From Thermoanaerobaculia bacterium (GTDB lineage Bacteria > Acidobacteriota > Thermoanaerobaculia > Gp7-AA8), in the NCBI GenBank assembly GCA_035525015.1, contig DATLFC010000074.1:3277-67276 (forward strand): 64,000 bases of DNA. The letters run 5' to 3'. Shown piece after piece: positions 10,194 to 19,563 of this stretch. Position numbers and translations under genes: made by a program. Numbering within the stretch: position 1 is the stretch's first letter; every line of letters begins with the position of its first letter. The notes under the pieces were generated by a model. That model was not told the origin of the DNA and ran no database searches. It was given only the letters and a program-made list of their open reading frames with translations.

Positions 10194-10541
10194 ATGAAAC
10201 GCTTCGTCCTCGCGTTCGCACTGTTTGCGGCCCCGCTCCGGGCCGCGCCGCCGACCACCTGTGGCCTGCCGGACGACTATTCGCGCGCCCTCTGCGCTTA
10301 CCAGCAGCGTGATTTCGGGACGGCGGAACGGGTATTCGGCTCGATCGTCGATGCGGGGGAGGAAGCGCCGCAGACTTTGAAGGGGATGTACTTCCTGGCG
10401 CGGACGTACATGAAAACCGGGCGGTTTGATGAGGCTGCCGGGCTGCTGGTCAGAATCTACGAGACCGATCGGACGTTTTACGGCAGCTGGAGTTGCGACT
10501 TCCTGCTGGGAGAGTGCCGGAGGGCGCTGGGGAAGGATTAG
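10194..10541 (+). CDS. Small secreted TPR-like protein
   Basis: Signal peptide MKRFVLAFALFAAPLRA. Short helical repeat region. Its stop abuts the downstream EBP start (taGATGccg). Confidence 0.5.
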   Translation: MKRFVLAFALFAAPLRAAPPTTCGLPDDYSRALCAYQQRDFGTAERVFGSIVDAGEEAPQTLKGMYFLARTYMKTGRFDEAAGLLVRIYETDRTFYGSWSCDFLLGECRRALGKD

Positions 10542-12068
10542 ATGCCGGCATCGAACTTCGAACTTCGCCGAAAGCTGCTGCAACTCGAGGCGCTCCACGA
10601 CCTCGGCCGGGCGCTGAACACGCTGCGGCCGGAGGCTGAGCTCCTGGAGGAGCTGATGCACCGGGCCATCGCGGTGCTCGACGCCACGACCGGCTTCATC
10701 TTCTCGCTGGATGAAAAGCTCAACATCCAGCACCTCTTCACGTTTCCTACCGAGCCTCCCCGCGCCGATGCCATCCTGGCCGAGCCTCCGGTGCGGCAGG
10801 TCCTCGCCGCGCGCGAGCCGATCTCGGTCACCGTGACGCGGTTCCTGGGGGAACAGGCGAACGATCTGCTGGTCGCGCCCATGGTGTCGGGCGACGTGAT
10901 CGTCGGCGTGATCGGCGTGGGCGGCAAGGAGGCTCGCGGCGCGAAGAGCGGGAGCTTCGTGGAGGACGATCTCCGCTTTCTGGCCTCGCTGGCGTCGATC
11001 GGAGGCGCCGCCGTCGACAATACGCGGCGCTTCCACAGGCTCGATCTGGTGCGCGAGACGCTCGAAGACGAGAATCGTTCCCTCAAGCAAAGGATGCTGC
11101 GCGAGTACAGCGACCGCTTGATGGTGGGCGAATCGCCGAAGATGCAGCGAGTGATCGATCTGGTGGCACGGGTCGCCAACAGTCAAGCCAACGTTCTCAT
11201 CCGCGGCGAATCGGGAACGGGGAAAGAAATGGTGGCGCGCCTCATTCACGGCAACTCGTCGCGCAAGGATCGGCCCTTCGTGGCCATCAACTGCGCCGCG
11301 CTGCCGGAGACGCTGCTCGAATCGGAGCTGTTCGGCATCGAGCGTGGCGTGGCCACCGGCGTCGAGGCACGCCCCGGCAAGTTCGAGCTGGCGAAGGGCG
11401 GGACGGTCTTCCTCGACGAGGTGGGCGACATTCCTCTCGCTCTCCAGGCCAAACTGCTTCGCGTGCTCCAGGAACGGGAGGTCGAGAAGCTCGGCGGGCG
11501 GCGTCGGATCCCGATCGATGTCCGCATCCTGTCGGCGACGCATCGCGGCCTCGAGGAGATGATCGAGAAGGGAGACTTCCGCCAGGATCTGTATTACAGG
11601 CTGAAAGTGGTCGAGATCACACTGCCGCCCCTCCGCGAGAGGAGGGAGGACATTCCCCGGCTCGTCCGCTTCTTCCTCGAGAAGTACGGGCGCCGCGAAG
11701 GTCTCAAAGACGTGCGCATCACGCAGGAGGCCCTCCAGAAGGTGATGCGATACCCCTTTCCCGGGAACGTGCGCGAGCTGGAGAACCTCATCGAAGGGGC
11801 TCTGGCGCTGACCGTGGATCCGGTCATCGATCCGGGGGATCTGCTCCTGCCGGAGTCGGCGGCCGGCACCGACGGAGGGGAACTGACGGGCGACTTCCCC
11901 CCGCTCGAAGAGCTGCAGAACCGATACATCGCCCGGGTTCTGGCGCACACGAAGGGGAACATGTCGGCCGCGGCGAAGATCCTCGGGATCGACAGGAAGA
12001 CCCTCTACCGGAAACGGGCAGAACTGTCCCATCTAGGCACATCTGGGGAATCTTGGGACGTTCACTAG
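10542..12068 (+). CDS. Sigma-54-dependent transcriptional activator (GAF - AAA+ - Fis HTH)
   Basis: N-terminal GAF-like domain. AAA+ sigma-54 interaction motifs (GESGTGKE, GAFTGA-like ESELFG, DEVGDIPLALQAKLLRVLQE). C-terminal helix-turn-helix. Confidence 0.9.
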   Translation: MPASNFELRRKLLQLEALHDLGRALNTLRPEAELLEELMHRAIAVLDATTGFIFSLDEKLNIQHLFTFPTEPPRADAILAEPPVRQVLAAREPISVTVTRFLGEQANDLLVAPMVSGDVIVGVIGVGGKEARGAKSGSFVEDDLRFLASLASIGGAAVDNTRRFHRLDLVRETLEDENRSLKQRMLREYSDRLMVGESPKMQRVIDLVARVANSQANVLIRGESGTGKEMVARLIHGNSSRKDRPFVAINCAALPETLLESELFGIERGVATGVEARPGKFELAKGGTVFLDEVGDIPLALQAKLLRVLQEREVEKLGGRRRIPIDVRILSATHRGLEEMIEKGDFRQDLYYRLKVVEITLPPLRERREDIPRLVRFFLEKYGRREGLKDVRITQEALQKVMRYPFPGNVRELENLIEGALALTVDPVIDPGDLLLPESAAGTDGGELTGDFPPLEELQNRYIARVLAHTKGNMSAAAKILGIDRKTLYRKRAELSHLGTSGESWDVH

Positions 12069-12227
12069 TAACCGCTGTGTATTCAGCAATTACTGGTCCA
12101 AAACTCCTGTCACAGCAGATGTTGTGGCGAATTGACCCAACGGCTGTCTCAGAGGTTGCGTGAGCCAGTCTCGTGTAAACTACGCATGGTCAGAAGGTTA
12201 GGAGGGACAGGACTGATCCGGCATGGG

Positions 12228-12242
12228 TGGCAGTCGCGTTGC
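12228..12242 (+). promoter_or_regulatory. Sigma-54 (-24/-12) promoter candidate TGGCAG-N5-TTGC
   Basis: tggcagtcgcgttgct has GG and GC with exact 10-nt spacing. It lies 35 nt upstream of the GAGGGGGG Shine-Dalgarno and ATG of the small-peptide ORF, directly downstream of the EBP gene. Confidence 0.6.
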
Positions 12243-12276
12243 TCAACGGTGACCTCGACGAATGAGGGGGGAACCG

Positions 12277-12444
12277 ATGAGCAATTACGCACAAGCCCGC
12301 GCCAAAACCGAGTCGCTGCTCAGCGCCAGCTACGTTCTGCCGTCCGTGCTGGCTGTGAACACCGTGGCGCTCTTCGCGCTCGACCGGGTGGGAGGAATCC
12401 CGCACTGGATCAAGACGGCCGCTGCCCTTTTCCTCGCCTTCTGA
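12277..12444 (+). CDS. Small hydrophobic membrane peptide (55 aa), first gene of sigma-54 operon
   Basis: A strong RBS (gaggggggaaccgATG) and a hydrophobic sequence LPSVLAVNTVALFAL...AAALFLAF. There is no homology call. Confidence 0.4.
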   Translation: MSNYAQARAKTESLLSASYVLPSVLAVNTVALFALDRVGGIPHWIKTAAALFLAF

Positions 12445-12472
12445 GCTCTCCCCGCGCCCGCAGGACACTCGG

Positions 12473-12925
12473 ATGACCATGACCGCCGAGCGGCAGATGG
12501 AGCTCACCCTCCCGATGGTTCCGGACATCGAGATCGCAGCCGCGCGCGCGGCCGGCAATCTGGCCCGGGAAGTGGGGATGAGCGCCGAGAAGATCGACGA
12601 GATGGCTCACGCGATCATCGAGGCCTGCATCAACGCCCGCGAACACTCCTGTTGCGCCGATCAGCGCATCTACTTAAGATTCGTCGGCACCTACCAGGGC
12701 GACGGCAATCCGCGGATCGACGTCTGGATCACGGACCATGGTCGCGGATTCGATCTGGCCGAGGCACGCACGCGCCGGAAGAAGCTCGGCCCCGCCTACA
12801 AACGAGGTCGCGGCATCCAGCTCATGGAAGCGCACATGGACGAGGTGGAGATCATCAGCGGGGAAAGCGGCACCACCATCCACATGGTGAAGCTCGAGAA
12901 TCCCGCAGTCGAGAAAACATCATGA
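12473..12925 (+). CDS. Anti-sigma regulatory factor (Ser/Thr kinase), RsbW/SpoIIAB-like
   Basis: GHKL/HATPase N box (EACINAREH), G1 (DHGRGF) and G2 (GRGIQLM). Confidence 0.8.
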   Translation: MTMTAERQMELTLPMVPDIEIAAARAAGNLAREVGMSAEKIDEMAHAIIEACINAREHSCCADQRIYLRFVGTYQGDGNPRIDVWITDHGRGFDLAEARTRRKKLGPAYKRGRGIQLMEAHMDEVEIISGESGTTIHMVKLENPAVEKTS

Positions 12926-13278
12926 CCGAGGAATTGAGAGTCGCTGTCGAACGACGCCCTGCCGGAGCCATCCTCTACACCAAGGGGTACATCAACAACG
13001 TCGGTGGCGAGGAGATCGCCAACCGCGCCTACGAGCTGATGGATGACGGCGTCCAGACCCTGCTGCTGAACCTGAAGGAAACGAAGATCGTCAACTCGAT
13101 CGGCATCAGCATCCTCATCGAGATCATCGAGAAGATGATGGAGAAGGGAGGCCGTATCTCGTTCTGCTGCCTCACCCCCGTCATCCACAAGACCTTTCAG
13201 ATCATGGGGCTGGCCAATTACGCCGCCATTTACGACACCGAGGACGCGGCGACCAAGGACCTCGGCTTCCAGCGCTGA
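12922..13278 (+). CDS. STAS-domain anti-sigma factor antagonist (RsbV/SpoIIAA-like)
   Basis: 118 aa. Its start overlaps the upstream stop (ATGA). The fold matches SpoIIAA/STAS, with the phosphorylatable Ser region NSIGISIL. Confidence 0.8.
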   Translation: MTEELRVAVERRPAGAILYTKGYINNVGGEEIANRAYELMDDGVQTLLLNLKETKIVNSIGISILIEIIEKMMEKGGRISFCCLTPVIHKTFQIMGLANYAAIYDTEDAATKDLGFQR

Positions 13279-13313
13279 GCAGGATCCGCTCTCGGACTGA
13301 TATTCTCGTCCCC

Positions 13314-14942
13314 ATGCCTCAGGTGCACCGGTTCGCGGATTTTCTGACCGACCTGCAGCAGATCGACCGCACGTCCATCGATGCGCAGGCGTCGAAGATC
13401 GTGGAGGCTTTCGCCCGTCACACGGCCTTCGAGATCAGCGCGTTGTATCTGCGCGATGGCCGCGAACGCTCGATGCGCCTGGCGGTGAAGTCCCAGCAGC
13501 TCGTCGCCCCGGAGATTCTCGATCGCAGCGGCGGGGAGCTCCCGTTCCAGCCACGGCCGCACCTCGTTCTCCCGCTCATCAGTCATCGCGAGGAGCTGGG
13601 ACTGCTCGCGCTCACGCGCCGCGGACCGGAGGAACCGAGCGAGGATGATGTGGCGCTCGTTCGCGCGGCCGGCCACTACCTCAGCACGATCATCGCCAAC
13701 CAGCGCCTGCTGCAGGAAACGAGGGAAGGGGAGTTTCAGCTCAAGTACCGCCTCTGGGAGCTGGAGTCGCTGTACGACATCGGCCTCTCCATCGCCTCGA
13801 CGCTGAACATCGACGAGGTCGCGGACGAGATCCTCTTCCGCATGATCTCTCTGATCAACGCCCGGCGCGCCGCGCTTTTCCTTCGCCAGGGCGAACGGTT
13901 CGTGCTCTTCCGCTCGTTCGGCGCCGTGCGCGGCGACTTCCTCGATCAGGACCTCGCTTCGGCGCTGATGAAGGAAGGGCAACCCATCCGCTTCGAGGAG
14001 CACCTCGAGTGCATCTTCCCCGGCTGCTCCGCGTTCGTCGCCGTTCCCGTTCGCGGCAACAACAGCATGGTGGGGATCCTCGCAGCGGCCGATCGGGAGA
14101 GCCGCGATGGCACCATCGGCCAGTTCGAGCCGAACGAGCTTCGCCTTCTCGGTCTCTTCGCCTCCCAGGCCGCGATCGCACTCGAGAACGCCCGGCTGCA
14201 CCGGGAAGCCCTCGAGAAACAGGCCATGGACCGCGACCTCGAGCTGGCCGCGACGATCCAGCGCGACATCCTTCCCAAGGCCATCCCCGTCGTTCCGGGA
14301 CTCGAGCTCGCGGCGCTGTCACGGCCGGCGCGGCAGGTCGGCGGTGATTACCACGCCTTCGTCGAGCGCGATGGCCTCCTGACCATCGTCGTCGCCGACG
14401 TGGCCGGGAAGTCGATGCCGGCGGCGCTCCTCGTGTCGGCGCTCCATGCGGCGGTCCAGCTCCTGTTCGCCGAAGGTCGCGCTCTCGGCGACATCGCCAC
14501 GGAGCTCAACAAACATCTCCACCGCTGGTCGGCCGAGAACAAATTCATCACCATGATCATGGCCTCGATCGATCAGGAATCGGACACGATCGAATACGTC
14601 AACGCCGGCCACAATCCCGGCTACGTCGTCGTGGACGGCAAGCTGGAGATGCTCAAGTCCCAGGGCCTCCCCTTCGGTATTCTCGGGCAGAGCCGCTACA
14701 TGACCCAGACGCGTCCGCTCCCGCGAGGCTCACGCGTTCTCCTCTACAGCGACGGCATCACCGAAGCGGAGAACGTGGCCGGTGACGAGTTCGAGGACCA
14801 CCGGCTGCAGGCGCTCATCGAACGCCACTCTTCCGCCACCGCCGTCGAGCTGCGCGACCGGATCGCCGAAGCCGTCGAGGAGTTCGTCGGCGAGGCGCCG
14901 CAGAAGGACGATCAGACCCTCGTGATCGCGCGCCGCACCTGA
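13314..14942 (+). CDS. GAF-domain PP2C-type serine phosphatase (RsbU/SpoIIE-like)
   Basis: Tandem GAF-like N-terminal half. PP2C motifs GGDYHAF, VADVAGKSMPAAL and YSDGITEAEN. Confidence 0.85.
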   Translation: MPQVHRFADFLTDLQQIDRTSIDAQASKIVEAFARHTAFEISALYLRDGRERSMRLAVKSQQLVAPEILDRSGGELPFQPRPHLVLPLISHREELGLLALTRRGPEEPSEDDVALVRAAGHYLSTIIANQRLLQETREGEFQLKYRLWELESLYDIGLSIASTLNIDEVADEILFRMISLINARRAALFLRQGERFVLFRSFGAVRGDFLDQDLASALMKEGQPIRFEEHLECIFPGCSAFVAVPVRGNNSMVGILAAADRESRDGTIGQFEPNELRLLGLFASQAAIALENARLHREALEKQAMDRDLELAATIQRDILPKAIPVVPGLELAALSRPARQVGGDYHAFVERDGLLTIVVADVAGKSMPAALLVSALHAAVQLLFAEGRALGDIATELNKHLHRWSAENKFITMIMASIDQESDTIEYVNAGHNPGYVVVDGKLEMLKSQGLPFGILGQSRYMTQTRPLPRGSRVLLYSDGITEAENVAGDEFEDHRLQALIERHSSATAVELRDRIAEAVEEFVGEAPQKDDQTLVIARRT

Positions 14943-15015
14943 CCCGCTCTGTTACAAGCCGGCGCCGCGGCGTAACCGCCATCCCCCCCGTTCGTCTATC
15001 CGGAAGGAGGACACG

Positions 15016-15558
15016 ATGAAACGTACGTCGCTGGCGGTGACACTCTCCCTTCTGGTCCTGGCCACCGGAGCCCTGCTCCATGCGCAGAGCTCGAGTACGC
15101 TGACCGTCAAACCGTCGGAGATGCGCGACGGCGAGACGAAGACCATCACGGACGACGGACGGACCATCACCGTCCGGCGCGACGGCGACACCACGCGCGT
15201 TGCGATCGACGGAGCCGCAGCAACGGAGACCCTCACGATCACACGCGAAGGCGGGCGGATCCTCATCGGCCGGCTCTCGGCCGATGGCAGCCGGAGCCTG
15301 GTGATCGGCCCCGATCGCGACCGCATCGCCGTCGACGGTCTCGACCTCGACAGGTTCGAGGCGCTGCCGCGGTTCCGTTCCATTCCGGAGCGGAGCCCGC
15401 GGACGGTATTCGTCTGTCCGAAAGACCAGACCACGCTCCGTGTCCCGAAGGACAAGGCCGAGGAGAGCTACCGTTGTCCGGTCGACGGAACGCCGATGGA
15501 GAAGCGCAAAGGACACGGCGTCCAGTTCTTCTTCGACGACTCGGCGACCGAGCTCTGA
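15016..15558 (+). CDS. Secreted hypothetical protein with C-terminal Cys pair
   Basis: Signal peptide MKRTSLAVTLSLLVLATGALLHA. C-terminal VCPKD...RCPVDGTP, a possible zinc-ribbon-like motif. Confidence 0.45.
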   Translation: MKRTSLAVTLSLLVLATGALLHAQSSSTLTVKPSEMRDGETKTITDDGRTITVRRDGDTTRVAIDGAAATETLTITREGGRILIGRLSADGSRSLVIGPDRDRIAVDGLDLDRFEALPRFRSIPERSPRTVFVCPKDQTTLRVPKDKAEESYRCPVDGTPMEKRKGHGVQFFFDDSATEL

Positions 15559-16374
15559 TCAGCGCCCGCGGAACCGCGGCGCGCGTTTCTCGAAAAAGGC
15601 GGCCATGCCGGCAGCAGCGTCTTCGGAGAGAAACGCGCGCAGCTGATGCTCCCGTTCGAGCGCCAGCTGCGCACGGAGGTCGTTCCTTTCCGATTCGCGC
15701 AGCGCCTTCTTCAGATCGGCGAGCGGCAGCGGGGCGGCGTCGGCAAACGCCGCGGCAAGACGCTGCGTCTCCTCGGACAGAATCGCCGGCGGCACGACCC
15801 GATCGACCATGCCGATCTCCGCTGCCTCGGACGCGGCGACCATCCGCCCCGTGGCCATCAGCTCGAAGGCGCGACTGCGGCCGGCCAGACGCGGCAGAAG
15901 CCACGTTCCGCCCCAGTCGGGATGCAGTCCGATCCTGATGAACGTCTGACCGAGCTTCGCCTCTTCGGAAGCGATGCGGTAATCGCAGGCCAGCGCGAGG
16001 TTGCAGCCGGCCCCGGCGGCGACGCCGTTGATGCTGGCGATCACCGGTTTCGCCATTTCCACGATCGCCGTGATCACGGCGCTGCCGGCGTCGAGCAGTT
16101 TGCGGAAGGAGCCGGCGTCGCGCTCCTTCTGCAGGGCGGCCATGAAGTCGACGTCGCCGCCGGCGCAGAACGCACGGCCGGCGCCGGTGACCACGACGCT
16201 GCGGCACGAAGGGTCTTCCGCGGCGGCCTGCACCGCGGCCAGCAGATCCTCCCGCATCGTGCCGCCGAAGGCGTTCAGCTTTTCAGGACGGTTGAGCGTG
16301 ATCGTGGCGACGCCGCCGTCGCGAAGGGCGTAGTCGATGAAGGACATGCCTGCGGAGTTTAACTGTAGACTCAT
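15559..16374 (-). CDS. Enoyl-CoA hydratase/isomerase family protein
   Basis: Crotonase fold motifs (VVTGAGRAFCAGGD, INGVAAGAGCNLALACD). Confidence 0.85.
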   Translation of the reverse strand: MSLQLNSAGMSFIDYALRDGGVATITLNRPEKLNAFGGTMREDLLAAVQAAAEDPSCRSVVVTGAGRAFCAGGDVDFMAALQKERDAGSFRKLLDAGSAVITAIVEMAKPVIASINGVAAGAGCNLALACDYRIASEEAKLGQTFIRIGLHPDWGGTWLLPRLAGRSRAFELMATGRMVAASEAAEIGMVDRVVPPAILSEETQRLAAAFADAAPLPLADLKKALRESERNDLRAQLALEREHQLRAFLSEDAAAGMAAFFEKRAPRFRGR

Positions 16375-16379
16375 CGGCC

Positions 16380-17402
16380 ATGGCTGGTGCGGTCGCGCGC
16401 AACCGGCGCGTGATGCGCCGGCCTTACTTCTACGAGGTCTTCGTCCTCGTGAATCTAGCCGGCATCGTCGTGATGACGAGCCACCTGAATCCCGTCGTGC
16501 TCGGCACTCTGCCCGATACGCTCGGCGACCTGGCGCTGCAGATGGGGGCGTACACGTTGGCGGGGGTGGTGGTGCGGAGCATCGTGGCGCGATGGCGCGG
16601 AGGATGGCCTGAGTATCTCCGTATTCTCCGCAGCGGTGGATGGCTTCTGGACACGGCGCGGCTCATCCTGTTCGCGGCCCTGCTCTCGCACACTTATTTC
16701 TGGATCAAGCTCCTCGTCCCGATTCTCAACCCCCGCGACTTCGATCAGATGCTGTGGGATCTCGACCAGAGGATGTTCTTCGGGTTCGCTCCGGCCGTCC
16801 TGTTCGCGGACCTTTTCTCGCACCCTCTGGCGATGCGGGCCATCGACTGGTCGTACGCGAAGATCTTCATCGCCAGCATCGCGCTGGCGTTCGCGTTCTT
16901 TCTCTCCGCTCCCGCGCGGCGGCTGCGGGTCGCGTTCATGACCGGTACGGCGATCCTCTGGCTGGCCGGCGTGTGGCTCTATCTCCTCGTGCCGTCGCTC
17001 GGCCCGGCGTTCCGCTTTCCCGAGCTCTGGATCCCGCTGGCCGACTCGCTGCCGACCACGCATCAGCTGCAGGCGGCGCTCATGGACAACTACCGGAGAG
17101 TGCTGCAGTGGCGGGACGGCCCGTCGCCGGACGTGCAGCTGATGTTCGGGGTGGCCGCCTTTCCGAGCCTGCACGTCGGATTTCAGACGTTCGCCTTCCT
17201 CTGGATGCGGCGGCTCTGGATCTACGGAGAGATCGTCTTCGGCATCTTCCTTCTGACGATCGTCATCGGATCCGTCGTCACCGGGTGGCACTACCTCATC
17301 GACGGTGTCGCCGGTGCGCTGCTGGCGCTGGTTGCCTACGTGATCAGCGCGCGGCTCTGGCGGATCGGCGCGTGGCTGCGCCTCCGTACCGCGACGCGCT
17401 GA
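16380..17402 (+). CDS. PAP2-superfamily polytopic membrane protein
   Basis: Multiple transmembrane helices. C-terminal PSLH ... GWHYLID resemble PAP2 motifs 2 and 3. Confidence 0.6.
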   Translation: MAGAVARNRRVMRRPYFYEVFVLVNLAGIVVMTSHLNPVVLGTLPDTLGDLALQMGAYTLAGVVVRSIVARWRGGWPEYLRILRSGGWLLDTARLILFAALLSHTYFWIKLLVPILNPRDFDQMLWDLDQRMFFGFAPAVLFADLFSHPLAMRAIDWSYAKIFIASIALAFAFFLSAPARRLRVAFMTGTAILWLAGVWLYLLVPSLGPAFRFPELWIPLADSLPTTHQLQAALMDNYRRVLQWRDGPSPDVQLMFGVAAFPSLHVGFQTFAFLWMRRLWIYGEIVFGIFLLTIVIGSVVTGWHYLIDGVAGALLALVAYVISARLWRIGAWLRLRTATR

Positions 17403-17434
17403 CAGAATTTGCACTCCGGTGTGCCTGTTTTCAG

Positions 17435-18562
17435 ATGGCGATGCCCGCAACCGGAGAAACACCGCTCGGCGAGATGCTGGCCGCCCGCACTGCGGAAGGC
17501 GCACCCGAGCTCTACGATCGCCTCGAGAAACGGGCGGTGCGGTGCTACTCGTGCGGGCACCGCTGCAAGATCCTCGATGGACTGAAGGGGATCTGCAAGG
17601 TCCGGTACAACGAAGGCGGCGTGCTCCGCGTCCCTCGCGGGTACGTCGCGGCGCTGCAGGTCGATCCAATCGAGAAAAAGCCCTTCTTCCACGCCATGCC
17701 GGGCGCGCTGGCGCTCTCCTTCGGCATGCTCGGCTGCGACTACCACTGCGGCTATTGCCAGAACTGGGTCACGTCACAGGCGCTGCGCGATCCGGCCGCC
17801 GGAGCCACGCCGGCCGATGTCGAGCCGGCGGATCTGATCCGCCTGGCGCGGCGTCACGGCGCGAAAGTGATCACGTCGACCTACAACGAGCCACTCATCA
17901 CATCGGAGTGGGCGGTCGAGGTGTTCCGGGAGGCGAAGAAGGAAGGGCTGATCTGCTCGTACGTCTCGAACGGCAACGGGACGGAAAGGGTTCTCGACTA
18001 CATCGCGCCGTATGTCGATCTTTACAAAGTCGACCTCAAGGGGTTCAGCGACCGCCACTACCGCGACCTCGGCGGGACGCTGCAGCCGGTGCTCGACACG
18101 ATCCGCGGCCTGAAGCAGCGGAAGATCTGGGTCGAGATCGTCACGCTCATCGTTCCGGGATTCAACGACTCCGACGAGGAGCTGGCCGGCATCGCCGGGT
18201 TCGTCGCCTCCGTCGATCCCGACATCCCCTGGCACGTGACGGCGTATCACCAGGACTACAAGATGACGGAGGCCGCCAACACCGATGCCGGAGCGCTGCT
18301 CCGCGCGTATCACATCGGCCGGCGCGCAGGCCTCCGCTACGTCTACCCCGGAAACATCCCGGGAGCCTTCGACGATCTGGAGAGCACGCACTGCCCGTCG
18401 TGCAACGCGGTCGTCGTCGGACGCCGCGGGTTTCGCGTCACGTCGTACCGGCTCGTCAATGGCCACTGCGCCGATTGCTCGACGCCGCTGCCCGGGGTGT
18501 GGAGCGATGATCCGACCGCCATCGGCCGGAGCGGCGTGCCGCGTCCGGTGTGGCTGTCGTAG
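17435..18562 (+). CDS. AmmeMemoRadiSam-type radical SAM enzyme
   Basis: N-terminal CxxC..C zinc-ribbon-like region (RCYSCGHRCKI...GICKVR). Radical SAM CDYHCGYC (CX3CX2C). Start reset to MAMPATG at 17435, and the upstream ORF extension that overlaps the PAP2 gene is discarded. Confidence 0.7.
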   Translation: MAMPATGETPLGEMLAARTAEGAPELYDRLEKRAVRCYSCGHRCKILDGLKGICKVRYNEGGVLRVPRGYVAALQVDPIEKKPFFHAMPGALALSFGMLGCDYHCGYCQNWVTSQALRDPAAGATPADVEPADLIRLARRHGAKVITSTYNEPLITSEWAVEVFREAKKEGLICSYVSNGNGTERVLDYIAPYVDLYKVDLKGFSDRHYRDLGGTLQPVLDTIRGLKQRKIWVEIVTLIVPGFNDSDEELAGIAGFVASVDPDIPWHVTAYHQDYKMTEAANTDAGALLRAYHIGRRAGLRYVYPGNIPGAFDDLESTHCPSCNAVVVGRRGFRVTSYRLVNGHCADCSTPLPGVWSDDPTAIGRSGVPRPVWLS

Positions 18563-18583
18563 CCGTGCTATGGTGCGCCGCTC

Positions 18584-18919
18584 GTGAACGACTACATCGA
18601 TGTGGCTGCACTCGGTGAGATCCCGCAGGGGCGGCCGGTGACGCGCATGGCCGGCGATCGCAGGATCGCGCTGTGCCGCACGGCCAGCGGCGTCCACGCG
18701 CTCGACAACACTTGTCCTCACCGCGGCGGGCCGCTGGGCGAGGGCGATCTCATCGGCGAGGAGCTGGTGTGCCCCTGGCATCTCTGGTCCTTCGACGTGA
18801 AGAGCGGGAACTGTCCCGGCTCGACCTCCGTCGGCGTGGCGGCACACGACGTGAAGGTCGAGGAAGGTCGCGTGCTGGTGCGGCTGGCGCCGCCGCGGCC
18901 GCTGCCGGAGCCAATGTGA
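18584..18919 (+). CDS. Rieske [2Fe-2S] domain protein (NirD-like small subunit)
   Basis: CPHRGG...CPWHLWSF (CxH...CxxH). Confidence 0.8.
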   Translation: MNDYIDVAALGEIPQGRPVTRMAGDRRIALCRTASGVHALDNTCPHRGGPLGEGDLIGEELVCPWHLWSFDVKSGNCPGSTSVGVAAHDVKVEEGRVLVRLAPPRPLPEPM

Positions 18920-19563
18920 ATCCGAAAGCGCTGCGCCAGATCGATCTGTACGGCAAAGCCGGAAGGCTCGAAGCGCTCTATCGCGATCTCCAGGATCCGT
19001 CCGCGGTTGCGATCCTCTGCCACCCGCTCCCCACGCACGGCGGGACGCTGCACAACAAGGTGGTCTTCCGCGCGGCGCGCGGCCTGGAGAACGCCAACGT
19101 CGCAACGCTCCGCTTCAACTTCCGCGGCGTGGGAGCGAGCACCGGCACGTTCGACGGCGGGGAAGGAGAGCAGGACGATTTCCTCGCCGCGCTGGCCTGG
19201 CTGCGCAGGAGCCATCCGGACAAGAAAGTGTTTGCCGGCGGCTTCTCATTCGGAGCGTGGGTGGCGAGCCGGGCCGGTTGCGAGACGCCCGAGGTCAGCG
19301 CGCTCTTTCTGATCGGGACGCCGGTGAACAAGTACGACTTCGGCTATGTCCGCCACTGCGAAAAACCGATGCTGTTTCTGCACGGCACGCAGGACGAGCA
19401 TGGGGACGTCGCGAAACTCGAGAAGCTGGTGCAGCAGGTGCGCAACTCCGAGAGCGTCATCGTGACGGGCGCCGACCACTTCTTCACCAAACAGCTCGAA
19501 GCGGTCGAGGAAACGATGCGCAGCTGGGCTACCGGCGTCCTCGAGTCATGGGGCCTCGTGTAG
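18916..19563 (+). CDS. Alpha/beta-fold hydrolase
   Basis: GTG start overlaps the Rieske gene's stop (ATGTGA). Nucleophile elbow GFSFG and a C-terminal HGTQDEHGD...ADHFF. Confidence 0.7.
   Translation: MNPKALRQIDLYGKAGRLEALYRDLQDPSAVAILCHPLPTHGGTLHNKVVFRAARGLENANVATLRFNFRGVGASTGTFDGGEGEQDDFLAALAWLRRSHPDKKVFAGGFSFGAWVASRAGCETPEVSALFLIGTPVNKYDFGYVRHCEKPMLFLHGTQDEHGDVAKLEKLVQQVRNSESVIVTGADHFFTKQLEAVEETMRSWATGVLESWGLV

Noticed and set aside
10161-12032. 623-aa minus-strand ORF antisense to the sigma-54 activator
   Set aside because: It mirrors a confidently assigned AAA+ EBP. It has no domain signature and its composition is Arg/Pro-rich.
16640-17434. Upstream 265 codons of the 640-aa ORF overlapping the PAP2 gene
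   Set aside because: It overlaps the PAP2 membrane protein in another frame. The radical SAM homology begins at MAMPATG (17435).
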